Source: a bacterium
GTDB lineage: Bacteria > Zixibacteria > MSB-5A5 > WJJR01
DNA: 64,000 nt
Assembly: GCA_021813505.1 (NCBI GenBank)
Contig: JAKAKI010000073.1
Location: 45,851-109,850, forward strand
Reading direction: 5' to 3'
Numbering within the stretch: position 1 is the stretch's first letter; each line of letters begins with the position of its first letter. The notes under the pieces are model-generated. The model had not been told where the DNA came from. It saw only the letters and a list, made by a program, of their open reading frames with translations, and ran no database searches. Position numbers and translations under genes: made by a program. This document shows, piece by piece, positions 18,112 through 26,970 of the stretch.

Positions 18112-18870
18112 ATGACGTACAAGATCCTCATTCTCTCGGCTGCGTTCGCGTGCGGGATGGCAGCGTCGGCGGCCGGTGCCGACTCGACCAACGCGACCGG
18201 CCCGAAGCTGGAAGTTCCGGAGACGAACTTTGACTATGGGTACACGGTCCAAAACGCGAAGATCGCGCATGTGTACTGGCTGAAGAACAGCGGGACCGAC
18301 ACGCTTAAACTCAAGGATGTGCGCCCCGGATGCGGATGCACCAAAGCTCCCCTCAAGAAAAAATCGCTGGCGCCCGGCGACAGCACTGACGTCGAGGTCG
18401 TATTCTCGACCGGATCTTACAGTATGTTTGTCCGGAAACCGTCGACCATTCAGTTGGAATCCCCCGGTGACACGCCGCCGATGCTGGCCTTTACAGCGTA
18501 TCCGACGCCAAAACCGGACTCGCTGCGGCCACTGACCTTCACTCCCATGGGCGTGAATCTGGATTCGTCCAAGAAGACCTCCAACATGCAGGCGTGGAAT
18601 TTCAGAGTTCGTGTGAAGAATTGGTCCAACCATGACCTTCGAATCCACCAGGTGTCTCCAGCGCTTTCGCAGATCAATATTGAGGCGCCCAATGGCGCTA
18701 TTGCCGCCGGTTCAGAGGCCACAGTGCGCATCAGAATCGACGCGGAATTGGCTGATTCCACTTTTGCGAAGTCGGTGACATTCGAGGTGTCGGACTCGCT
18801 CCACACGCGATACACGTTGCCGATTGGGAATGAGCCGCCCGCGACGGGCCGCACCCCGGTTGCACATTAG
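18112..18870 (+). CDS. DUF1573-family secreted protein (paralog carrying an intact CGC motif).
   Basis: Signal peptide. 'NFDYGYTVQNAKIAHVYWLKNSGTDTLKLKDVRPGCGCTKAP' aligns with the upstream copy. RBS 'ggagcaggaagg'. Confidence 0.75.
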   Translation: MTYKILILSAAFACGMAASAAGADSTNATGPKLEVPETNFDYGYTVQNAKIAHVYWLKNSGTDTLKLKDVRPGCGCTKAPLKKKSLAPGDSTDVEVVFSTGSYSMFVRKPSTIQLESPGDTPPMLAFTAYPTPKPDSLRPLTFTPMGVNLDSSKKTSNMQAWNFRVRVKNWSNHDLRIHQVSPALSQINIEAPNGAIAAGSEATVRIRIDAELADSTFAKSVTFEVSDSLHTRYTLPIGNEPPATGRTPVAH

Positions 18871-19119
18871 TTGCGAGTACTCGCCCACAAACCGTCCACA
18901 ATTCGGCCACAGCGGCTATATGAGGGCCATCCCCCAACGCGGATAGCCCTCACAGGCCGTTCCGTCTGATCCGCATTCATTGATCCCTGCCTGGTGGACC
19001 AGACCAGTCTGACCGCTGACAAAACTGCATACCACCCGGTGAAATCCCGGCACGGACGGCAGGTGCGGGTTGTTCGCGCCACGGCCCTGTCGTAGATTGG
19101 CGGCGCAGAGGAGACTGTG

Positions 19120-20643
19120 ATGAGTATCGTCCTTGATGGTTCCGGATTGACAGTTGACAAGATCGTCAAAATTGCGCGGCACGGAGAGAAAGTGCAGCTT
19201 CATCCCGACGCGCTGGCGCGCATTAGGACTTGCCGCGCCATGCTGGAGGAAAAGATTCAGGCGCATGAAATCATGTACGGCGTCAATACCGGCATCGGTG
19301 AGTTCTCCGAAGTTGTCCTGAATGACGAGCAGGTCGAGAAATTCCAGCGGTACCTCATTTACAATCACGCGGCGGGTATCGGCGATCCCGCGCCCATCGA
19401 GCATGTGCGCGGCGCCATGGCGGGGCGGATCAATGTGCACGCCCATGGAAACTCCGGCTGCCGCCCTGAGATCACCCTGACTCTGCTGGAGATGCTCAAC
19501 CGTGGCGTCACGCCCGTCGTGTGCCAGAAAGGATCGGTGGGGGCCTCCGGTGATCTGGCGCCGATGTCGCAGATTGCGCTTTTGATGATGGGCGAGGGTG
19601 AAGCATTCTATCAGGGGAAGCGGCTGCCGGGAAAAGACGCTTTGAACAAGGCCGGGATCCCCATCCCGGGATTGCAGGCGCGTGACGGATTGGCGACGAT
19701 CAACGGTTCGAATCTGCTCACGGCGATCAGCGCGATTCACCTCTACGACATGAACCGCTGGTTCAAGCAGGCGGAGATCGCCTGCGCCATGAGTCTGGAA
19801 GCCCTGCTCGCCAATATGAAACCGTACAATGTGCTGTTGCATGAATTGCGCGGGTTCCCCGGGGCGGTGCGTAGCGCCAGGGCGATTATGCAATGCATCG
19901 ACGGCAGCGATTTGATCACCCGGAAGATCAAGACCAAAGTCCAGGATGCGTATTCCATGCGTTCATCTCCGCAGGTGATCGGCGCGGCGCATGATGCGAT
20001 TGCTTTTGCAAGGACGCAGGTTGAGATCGAACTCAACGGCGTCGGGGACAACCCGATCTTTGTGCCGGACAAGAAGCTCACCCTGACCGGCGCGAATTTC
20101 CAGGGGACGCCGGTATCGCTGCCGATGGACTTGGCCGGAACCGCGGTGACGATGGTGTGTGTTCTCTCGGAACGCCGCCTAAACCGGCTGACCAATCCTG
20201 CGTTGAGCGTTGGCCTTCCCCCCTTCCTGACCAAGGGCGCCGGAATGTTCTCGGGGATGATGCTCAGCCAATACACGGCGGACACGCTCATTGTCGAGCA
20301 ACGGATGCTCTCAGCCCCGGCCAGTGTCGGCTCCATTCCCGCGGCCGCGGATCAGGAGGATTTCGTCTCGATGGGCATGAACACGGCCTTGAAGAATGAT
20401 CAGATTCTCGAAAACGCCTACGGCGTATTGGGAATCGAATTCATGGCCGCCGCTCAGGCGCTCGACTTTCGCGAATTCACTCCCGGCCGTGGCGTCTCCA
20501 CCGCCCACTCGATTATCCGCAAGCACATCGCCCATCTCGACGAGGATCGCCCAATGTACCCCGATCACAACATCATGCGCGCAGTCGTCAAGAGTGGGGA
20601 GATCTTGGATGCTGTGGAGGGTGTTGTGGGAAGCTTGGGATAA
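19120..20643 (+). CDS. hutH: MIO-dependent aromatic amino-acid ammonia-lyase (histidine ammonia-lyase family).
   Basis: 'GSVGASGDLAPMS' contains the Ala-Ser-Gly triad that forms the MIO cofactor. About 500 aa with full-length HAL/PAL architecture. Confidence 0.85.
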   Translation: MSIVLDGSGLTVDKIVKIARHGEKVQLHPDALARIRTCRAMLEEKIQAHEIMYGVNTGIGEFSEVVLNDEQVEKFQRYLIYNHAAGIGDPAPIEHVRGAMAGRINVHAHGNSGCRPEITLTLLEMLNRGVTPVVCQKGSVGASGDLAPMSQIALLMMGEGEAFYQGKRLPGKDALNKAGIPIPGLQARDGLATINGSNLLTAISAIHLYDMNRWFKQAEIACAMSLEALLANMKPYNVLLHELRGFPGAVRSARAIMQCIDGSDLITRKIKTKVQDAYSMRSSPQVIGAAHDAIAFARTQVEIELNGVGDNPIFVPDKKLTLTGANFQGTPVSLPMDLAGTAVTMVCVLSERRLNRLTNPALSVGLPPFLTKGAGMFSGMMLSQYTADTLIVEQRMLSAPASVGSIPAAADQEDFVSMGMNTALKNDQILENAYGVLGIEFMAAAQALDFREFTPGRGVSTAHSIIRKHIAHLDEDRPMYPDHNIMRAVVKSGEILDAVEGVVGSLG

Positions 20644-20654
20644 CGATTGGACGA

Positions 20655-20708
20655 TTGCGATTACGAAATGGTGGGCTGAGCCCACCCTACCGGTAGGGTG
20701 GGCTTTGC
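20655..20708 (+). terminator. Tandem GC-rich hairpins (GTGGGCnnnGCCCAC type) after the ammonia-lyase gene.
   Basis: 'ggtgggctgagcccaccc' and 'gggtgggctttgcccacc'. Confidence 0.6.
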
Positions 20709-20760
20709 CCACCTTGGTTTGGTCAAACCGCGAACCTCACGAAACAGCCAGGAATTCTGA

Positions 20761-21903
20761 ATGCTTTACCGCAAGATGCCGGACGCCGATCCTGCCCTGT
20801 CGATTCTGGGCTTCGGATGTATGCGGCTGCCGGTGGACGGTGGCGGGCATATCGACGAGCCTGGAGCGACCGAGATGCTCCGCTGGGCAATCGACCACGG
20901 TGTCAACTACGTGGACACGGCTTATCCCTATCACAACGGCGAGAGCGAACCGTTTGTGGGCCGGGCATTGCAGGATGGTTATCGCAGCAGAGTCCAGTTG
21001 GCAACGAAACTGCCGAGCTGGCTGGTGACGACCCGCGCCGACATGGACAAATATCTCGATGAGCAATTGAAACGGCTTCAGACCGAGCAGATCGACTTCT
21101 ACCTCGTCCACTCCCTGAATCAGGCTTCTTGGGAGAATATGCAACGTCTGGGGATCGGCGAGTTCCTCGACAGTACTATCGCCGACGGACGGATTCGCTG
21201 CGCCGGATTCTCATTCCATGACCAGGCTGGTGTCTTCAAGAAGATCGTCGACGGATACGACTGGACCTTCTGCCAGATTCAGTACAACTTCATGGACGAG
21301 GATTACCAGGCCGGTACCGAGGGGCTCCGTTACGCGGCCGCACGCGGACTGGGGATCGTGATTATGGAACCATTGCGGGGCGGCGTGCTGACGCGTGAGG
21401 TCCCGGCCGTTCAGGACGTATGGAACCGTGCGGCGACGAAGCGCACACTCGCCGACTGGTCACTGCGTTGGATATGGAACCATCCCGAGGTCCATGTCGT
21501 GCTCTCCGGAATGGGCACGTTGGAGCAGGTTCGCGAGAATATCGCCTCCGCCGGCACTGCTACTCCGTCGTGTTTGTCCACGGAGGAACTGAATCTCTTT
21601 GACCTTGCCCGCGAAGAGTATCGCAAGCGAATCAAGGTGCCTTGCACCTCGTGCAATTACTGCATCCCCTGCCCATCCGGCGTGAAGATACCGACATGTT
21701 TCGAGATCTATAATCTGGCTCACATGTATGACGCGGCGGAACGCGCCAAGGGCTTGTATGAATTCATGCTGCGGGCAGGGACATCCAATGGCGCCGGGTT
21801 CGCCTCGCTGTGCGAGAAGTGTGGCGATTGCGAAGCGCTCTGCCCGCAGGGGATTCCGACACGAGAGCGGATCGGTGAGGTGGCGGCGTACTTTGGAAAA
21901 TAG
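20761..21903 (+). CDS. Aldo/keto reductase with a C-terminal 2x[4Fe-4S]-type Cys cluster domain.
   Basis: AKR TIM-barrel N-terminus. C-terminal 'CTSCNYCIPCPSG' and 'CEKCGDCEALCPQG' ferredoxin-like motifs. Confidence 0.8.
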   Translation: MLYRKMPDADPALSILGFGCMRLPVDGGGHIDEPGATEMLRWAIDHGVNYVDTAYPYHNGESEPFVGRALQDGYRSRVQLATKLPSWLVTTRADMDKYLDEQLKRLQTEQIDFYLVHSLNQASWENMQRLGIGEFLDSTIADGRIRCAGFSFHDQAGVFKKIVDGYDWTFCQIQYNFMDEDYQAGTEGLRYAAARGLGIVIMEPLRGGVLTREVPAVQDVWNRAATKRTLADWSLRWIWNHPEVHVVLSGMGTLEQVRENIASAGTATPSCLSTEELNLFDLAREEYRKRIKVPCTSCNYCIPCPSGVKIPTCFEIYNLAHMYDAAERAKGLYEFMLRAGTSNGAGFASLCEKCGDCEALCPQGIPTRERIGEVAAYFGK

Positions 21904-21925
21904 GAAGCAGGACAAAGGACCAAGG

Positions 21926-23875
21926 ATGGTAAGGGCATCGACCGTACTCGCAGTTGTATTCGCTTCGGTCCTGGCATTTGGGCCCTTGAAGGTCCTGGCG
22001 AAACCGGGTGACGTCACGCATGTCGTTTCGCATGCCAATCGCAAAGTCGTGACCGATCCCTCGAAGGGATTCAACGCCTACCGGAACTGGGCGGTATTCC
22101 CGTCCACGGCCACTCCCTATCGCAGAATCGTGCTGTCGGTGACTTATCGCTGCCCTGACAGTCTCCGATGCGGCGAGTGGGATTACATCGACGGCATCTT
22201 TTTGCGGCGCACCGGGGGGGGTGTTTCGCCGTCACGCGACATCGAACTGGCGCGCATGATCTCCCCTTACGGCAGCCGGTTCGGGCCGTCGTGGCACTTC
22301 ACCTGGCAGACGGATGTCACCGACTTCGGGTTCTTGCTGCACGATTCCGTTGAAATAGAATTCAATCACGGCGGGTACGAAAGCAACACCGACCGCGGCT
22401 GGCTGATCACGTTGGACTTTGCCCTGACTGAGGGACCTCCGGCGCTGCCGATATTGGGCATGGACACGCTCTGGAATGGTACGTTCCCGTACGGGGATAC
22501 ATCCAAACCCATCGAGCAACTGCTGCGCCCAATTCCGTTTACCGATCGATTCGAAGCCCAACGGGGGCGTTTGCGAATTGTCCAAACCGGACACGGGATG
22601 GACGACTCGGAGAATTGCGCGGAATTCTGCAGCAAGACGCGGCGCGTGCTGCTCGACGACTCAGTGCGTGAGGAACGTCAGATTTGGCGCCGCTGTGGGA
22701 CAAACCCGCTCTCCCCTCAAGCCGGCACCTGGCTCTATGACCGGGCGAACTGGTGCCCCGGCTCGATTGTCTTCCCTGACTTGGTCGATTTCGCGATCGA
22801 GCCCGGCTCGACGCACACGCTGGCCATCGCGATGCAACCGTACGCGAACACCAAGACGCCCACGGCCAACTACTGCATCCATTCTTACCTCTTCTATTGC
22901 GGCCAGCCTCGCGCCGCACACGATGTCTCGGTGCTGGACATCATCGCACCCAGTGCGAGAGAAGAATGGGGACGGTTAAACCCGATCTGTGGCGATCCCC
23001 TTATCCTCATCAGGAATAGCGGGAGTGAACCATTGACATCTGTCGAGGTACGTTACCAGATCGACGGCGGAGATCCGCAGCGGTATCACTGGAGAGGAAT
23101 TATTCCTTCGCAGCGGGACGCGGCCATCAGTCTGTTAGGCTCATGGGGGGCGATTGAAGGCCACACGTTCGAAGTCACGCTCAGTTCGCCTGACAGTGCC
23201 ATGGACGAATACCCGGCGGACAACTCAATGACGTCGATCATCGCTGCTACACCGGAGTATCCCACTCAATTCGTTCTGGCTTTCCGCACCAACAACGACT
23301 CAACCCAGAATGGCTACGAGCTGGTCGACGCCCAGGGGAATACCGTCTTGAAGCGTGACCCCAGATCGCTTCGGCCGCGAACGAATTGTCGGGACACGCT
23401 AACACTAGCACCCGGATGCTACCAGTTGATTTTCGCCGACACGGTCGGCGATGGACTCGATTTCTGGGCGAATCCCGATGGCGGCTATGGCTATGTGCGC
23501 CTGTTGGATATGCAAGATCATCTCATTCATTCCTTTAACTCCGACTTCGGCAGTGAAATCCGCCATTCGTTCCGCGTGGGACTCGATGTGCACCCCCCTG
23601 TTCCGATCGACACGTTACCGCTGGTGAACCCGTTCCCGGTTCGTAACAAGGGGATCTTTTCGGTGGAGCTCTTCCAGAACGAGCCGGGTGAAATCGCGCT
23701 AACGATCACGGATGAGAGCGGCAGGAAGACGGTATTTCGGCGGTCGTTCCCCGACATCAAGGAAGCGACAGTTCAGCTCGACATCAGCGACGTGCCGGAT
23801 GGGGTCTACTTCCTCACGGCAACGTCTGCCGGACACTCGGTGACACGGCGAATCCGCGTCAAGCACGGCGACTGA
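21926..23875 (+). CDS. Secreted hypothetical protein (649 aa) with a T9SS-type C-terminal sorting domain.
   Basis: ATG 21926 with RBS 'aaggaccaagg'. Signal peptide 'VLAVVFASVLAFGPLKVLA'. The C-terminal ~80 aa, 'GIFSVELFQNEPGEIALTITDESGRK...GVYFLTATSAGHSVTRRIRVKH', is Por_Secre_tail-like. The upstream extension overlapping the AKR gene was rejected. Confidence 0.65.
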   Translation: MVRASTVLAVVFASVLAFGPLKVLAKPGDVTHVVSHANRKVVTDPSKGFNAYRNWAVFPSTATPYRRIVLSVTYRCPDSLRCGEWDYIDGIFLRRTGGGVSPSRDIELARMISPYGSRFGPSWHFTWQTDVTDFGFLLHDSVEIEFNHGGYESNTDRGWLITLDFALTEGPPALPILGMDTLWNGTFPYGDTSKPIEQLLRPIPFTDRFEAQRGRLRIVQTGHGMDDSENCAEFCSKTRRVLLDDSVREERQIWRRCGTNPLSPQAGTWLYDRANWCPGSIVFPDLVDFAIEPGSTHTLAIAMQPYANTKTPTANYCIHSYLFYCGQPRAAHDVSVLDIIAPSAREEWGRLNPICGDPLILIRNSGSEPLTSVEVRYQIDGGDPQRYHWRGIIPSQRDAAISLLGSWGAIEGHTFEVTLSSPDSAMDEYPADNSMTSIIAATPEYPTQFVLAFRTNNDSTQNGYELVDAQGNTVLKRDPRSLRPRTNCRDTLTLAPGCYQLIFADTVGDGLDFWANPDGGYGYVRLLDMQDHLIHSFNSDFGSEIRHSFRVGLDVHPPVPIDTLPLVNPFPVRNKGIFSVELFQNEPGEIALTITDESGRKTVFRRSFPDIKEATVQLDISDVPDGVYFLTATSAGHSVTRRIRVKHGD

Positions 23876-23903
23876 GGTCGTTGGCGTTTCCCCCGGTATC
23901 GCC

Positions 23904-24671
23904 ATGAATCGATTCACAAAAGCCATCGTCCGCCTTCCGGGGCCATCGATGGTCAATGGGCTGACCTCGGCGAATCTGGGACGGCCTGATTACAAGCTGG
24001 CATTACGGCAGCACGAAGCCTACCGGGAGGCGCTTCGAGCCTGCGGACTCGAAGTCATCTGTCTCGATGCCGATGACGAACATCCTGATTCGACATTTGT
24101 CGAGGATGTGGCATTGCTAACTCCGCATTGCGCGGTCATCACGCGCCCCGGTGCACCATCGCGTTGGGGGGAGACGGCATCCATAGAGCCTGTGATTCGG
24201 GAGTTGTTTTCCGTGGTGGACCGTGTGGAGGCGCCGGGAACTGTCGATGGCGGCGACATTCTGATGACCGGCGATCACTACTTCATCGGCCTCTCGGAAC
24301 GTACCAATGCCGAGGGCGCCCGGCAGTTGATTCGAATCCTCGAGTCACATGGACTGTCCGGCTCCACCGTACCCCTCGCGGATGTCCTCCATCTCAAGTC
24401 AGCGGTCGCCTGCATCGATGATGACCTGCTTGTTGTCGGCGAGGCGTTGGCAGGACGGGCTGAATTCTCGAGTTTCAAATGCATATGTGTTGACCGCGAG
24501 GAGTCGTACGCCGCGAATTGCCTGTGGCTGAATGGGACTGTGCTGGTCGCCGATGGGTACCCGAAGACGAAGATGGCGATTGAGTCGCGCCGGAATCAAA
24601 CCATCATTCTTGATGTTTCGGAGTTCAGGAAGCTTGACGGTGGCTTGAGCTGTCTTTCGCTGCGCTTCTAG
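23904..24671 (+). CDS. Amidinotransferase-superfamily hydrolase (dimethylarginine dimethylaminohydrolase / CtlX-like).
   Basis: Pentein-fold length and the C-terminal nucleophile motif 'DGGLSCLSLRF'. Confidence 0.6.
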   Translation: MNRFTKAIVRLPGPSMVNGLTSANLGRPDYKLALRQHEAYREALRACGLEVICLDADDEHPDSTFVEDVALLTPHCAVITRPGAPSRWGETASIEPVIRELFSVVDRVEAPGTVDGGDILMTGDHYFIGLSERTNAEGARQLIRILESHGLSGSTVPLADVLHLKSAVACIDDDLLVVGEALAGRAEFSSFKCICVDREESYAANCLWLNGTVLVADGYPKTKMAIESRRNQTIILDVSEFRKLDGGLSCLSLRF

Positions 24672-24694
24672 CCGCCGGGAAACCAACCTCACTC

Positions 24695-25717
24695 ATGATC
24701 AACATCGACGGTTTATTGGGTGAGGGTGGCGGGCAGATTCTCCGCACGGCCCTCGCGCTGTCGTTGGTCACGGGACGGGAGTTCCAAATTCAGAGGATTC
24801 GGGCAGGACGGCGGAAGCCCGGCCTGCTGCATCAGCATCTGGCGGCGGTCAAAGCCGCCGTCCGGATCGGTGCGGCCGAAACACACGGTGCCGAACTCGG
24901 CTCACCCGAATTGTACTTCGCCCCTCAGGCAATCAATCCCGGCCAGTATCGATTCGACGTCGGCACCGCTGGAAGCTGCACGCTGGTCCTGCAAACGGTG
25001 CTCCCGGCCCTCCTCACCGCCAGCGGTGCTTCCGAGATTATTGTTGAAGGAGGGACCCACAATCCGGCGGCACCACCGTTTGATTTCCTCAACAGGTGCT
25101 TTCTCCCGATCTTGAATCGCATGGGTCCTATGGTCAATGCCCGGATGGAGCGTCCCGGATTCTATCCGGCTGGTGGCGGTAGAATCGTCGTTGCGATCGA
25201 GCCCTCCCCGGCGCTATCACGGATCGAATTGATGGATCGTGGCGCAATCAAGACTCAAAGCGCGCGGGCGATGGTCGCCCAACTGCCTCGTGAGATTGCC
25301 GAACGCGAACTGCGCACACTGGGCAGCCAACTGCGCTGGGGGGCGGAATCGCTTCACGCTGAGATCATCGAGAACTCGTTCGGGCCGGGAAACGCCATTG
25401 TCATCGAGATCGGAAGCGAACACATCACGGAGGTCATCACCGGATTTGGGCGGCGCGGGGTCCGCGGCGAGCAGGTCGCGAGTGAGACGGTAGAGGAGGT
25501 AACACGCTATCTGGCCGCCAATGTTCCAGTGGGCCGGCATCTGGCCGATCAACTCCTGATTCCCATGGCGTTGGCCGGTGGCGGGAAGTTCCGGACCCTC
25601 TCCCCCACTCAACACACACAGACCAATATCAGTGTCCTCAAGCAGTTTCTCGAGGTTGATGTTGACGTTTCGGAATCTGCCAGCGATGATTGGACGATTG
25701 GGGTCAGCACAACTTGA
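24695..25717 (+). CDS. rtcA: RNA 3'-terminal phosphate cyclase.
   Basis: N-terminal 'IDGLLGEGGGQILRTALALSLVTGR' is the RtcA signature. 340 aa. Confidence 0.85.
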   Translation: MINIDGLLGEGGGQILRTALALSLVTGREFQIQRIRAGRRKPGLLHQHLAAVKAAVRIGAAETHGAELGSPELYFAPQAINPGQYRFDVGTAGSCTLVLQTVLPALLTASGASEIIVEGGTHNPAAPPFDFLNRCFLPILNRMGPMVNARMERPGFYPAGGGRIVVAIEPSPALSRIELMDRGAIKTQSARAMVAQLPREIAERELRTLGSQLRWGAESLHAEIIENSFGPGNAIVIEIGSEHITEVITGFGRRGVRGEQVASETVEEVTRYLAANVPVGRHLADQLLIPMALAGGGKFRTLSPTQHTQTNISVLKQFLEVDVDVSESASDDWTIGVSTT

Positions 25718-25759
25718 TTGGACGAAGTGGACGAAGAGGACAAAGTGGACCAAGTGGAC

Positions 25760-26848
25760 ATGAAGCGTGGGACGAATCAACTGCTGGATGAGGTGGTCAT
25801 TCGCGGCGTGCGTTTGCGGAATCGCATTGCGGTTTCGCCAATGTGCCAGTACAGCGCTGCCGACGGGATGGCCAATGACTGGCACTTGGTGCATCTTGGC
25901 AGCCGCGCAGCCGGCGGGGCCGGCTTGGTGATTGTGGAGGCGACGGCGGTGACGCCGACCGGGCGAATCACGCCGGGCGATCTGGGGCTGTGGAGTGATG
26001 ACCAGATCGAGCCGTTGGCACGAATCGCGCGGTTCATTGAGAGCATGGGTGCCGTCCCGGGAATTCAGATTGCGCACGCCGGGCGCAAAGCGAGTTGCCG
26101 GCCCCCATGGGAAGGAGGGAACGCGATACGAAGCGCCACCGAAGGCGGCTGGCCGGTCGTGAGCGCCAGCGCGATCCCGTTTCACGCCGACGGATTGGTG
26201 CCGCAATCGCTCAGCGAGTCCGAAGTCCACGATGTGATCTCTGCCTTCGGGGAGGCTGCCAGGAGATCATCGCAGGCCGGTTACAACGTGATCGAACTGC
26301 ACGCCGCCCACGGATATCTCATCGATCAGTTCCTCTCCCCGCTGAGTAACAAGCGCACCGACTCGTACGGAGGAAGCCTGGCGAATCGGATGCGATTCCT
26401 GCTTGAGACCGTCCATGCGGTGCGTGCCGTGATTCCGAAAGAGACGGCCCTGTTCACCCGGATCTCGGCCACCGACTGGGTGGATGGCGGATGGACCATC
26501 GATGATTCCGTCGTGCTCGGAACGGCACTCCGTGAAGCGGGCGTGGATCTGATCGACACGTCGAGCGGGGGCGTGATTCCCAATGTGAAGATTCCTGCGG
26601 GATTGAACTATCAAGTCGGACTGGCCAGCGAGATCCGCAGCCGCGCCGGAATCATGACGGGTGCTGTTGGCGTGATTGTGGAGCCCGGACAGGCGAATGA
26701 GATCATATCGTCCGGCGCGGCCGATATTGTGCTGATCGGACGTGAGATGCTGCGGGAGCCGTATTGGCCTCTCAAGGCCCAGACAGCCCTTGGGCAGGAA
26801 CCCGCCTGGCCAAGGCAATACGGATACGCCGTCCGCCGCAAGAAGTAA
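25760..26848 (+). CDS. namA: NADH:flavin oxidoreductase, Old Yellow Enzyme family (YqjM/NamA-like).
   Basis: 'AVSPMCQYSA', 'HAAHGYL' and 'RTDSYGGSLANR' OYE motifs. Upstream in-frame 9-bp repeats could extend the N-terminus to 25718. Confidence 0.85.
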   Translation: MKRGTNQLLDEVVIRGVRLRNRIAVSPMCQYSAADGMANDWHLVHLGSRAAGGAGLVIVEATAVTPTGRITPGDLGLWSDDQIEPLARIARFIESMGAVPGIQIAHAGRKASCRPPWEGGNAIRSATEGGWPVVSASAIPFHADGLVPQSLSESEVHDVISAFGEAARRSSQAGYNVIELHAAHGYLIDQFLSPLSNKRTDSYGGSLANRMRFLLETVHAVRAVIPKETALFTRISATDWVDGGWTIDDSVVLGTALREAGVDLIDTSSGGVIPNVKIPAGLNYQVGLASEIRSRAGIMTGAVGVIVEPGQANEIISSGAADIVLIGREMLREPYWPLKAQTALGQEPAWPRQYGYAVRRKK

Positions 26849-26970
26849 CCGGCCGAAACAACCATTCAAGCACCTATGGCGGGCGTGTCATTCCGCTCGA
26901 CACGGTTCTGCCGATTCGCTATCTATGCCGGCAGCGAAGGACTCGAAAGTACCGGACGGAGGTGTTTGGT

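Noticed and set aside
18916-19893. Minus-strand 325-aa ORF overlapping the start of the ammonia-lyase gene.
   Set aside because: It is antisense to the MIO-motif HAL gene and has no features of its own.
21728-21925. Upstream extension of the 649-aa secreted-protein ORF, overlapping the AKR gene end.
   Set aside because: It overlaps the AKR C-terminus in another frame. The ATG at 21926 has an RBS and an immediate signal peptide.
25217-26230. Minus-strand 337-aa ORF across the rtcA/OYE boundary.
   Set aside because: It is antisense to two strongly supported genes.
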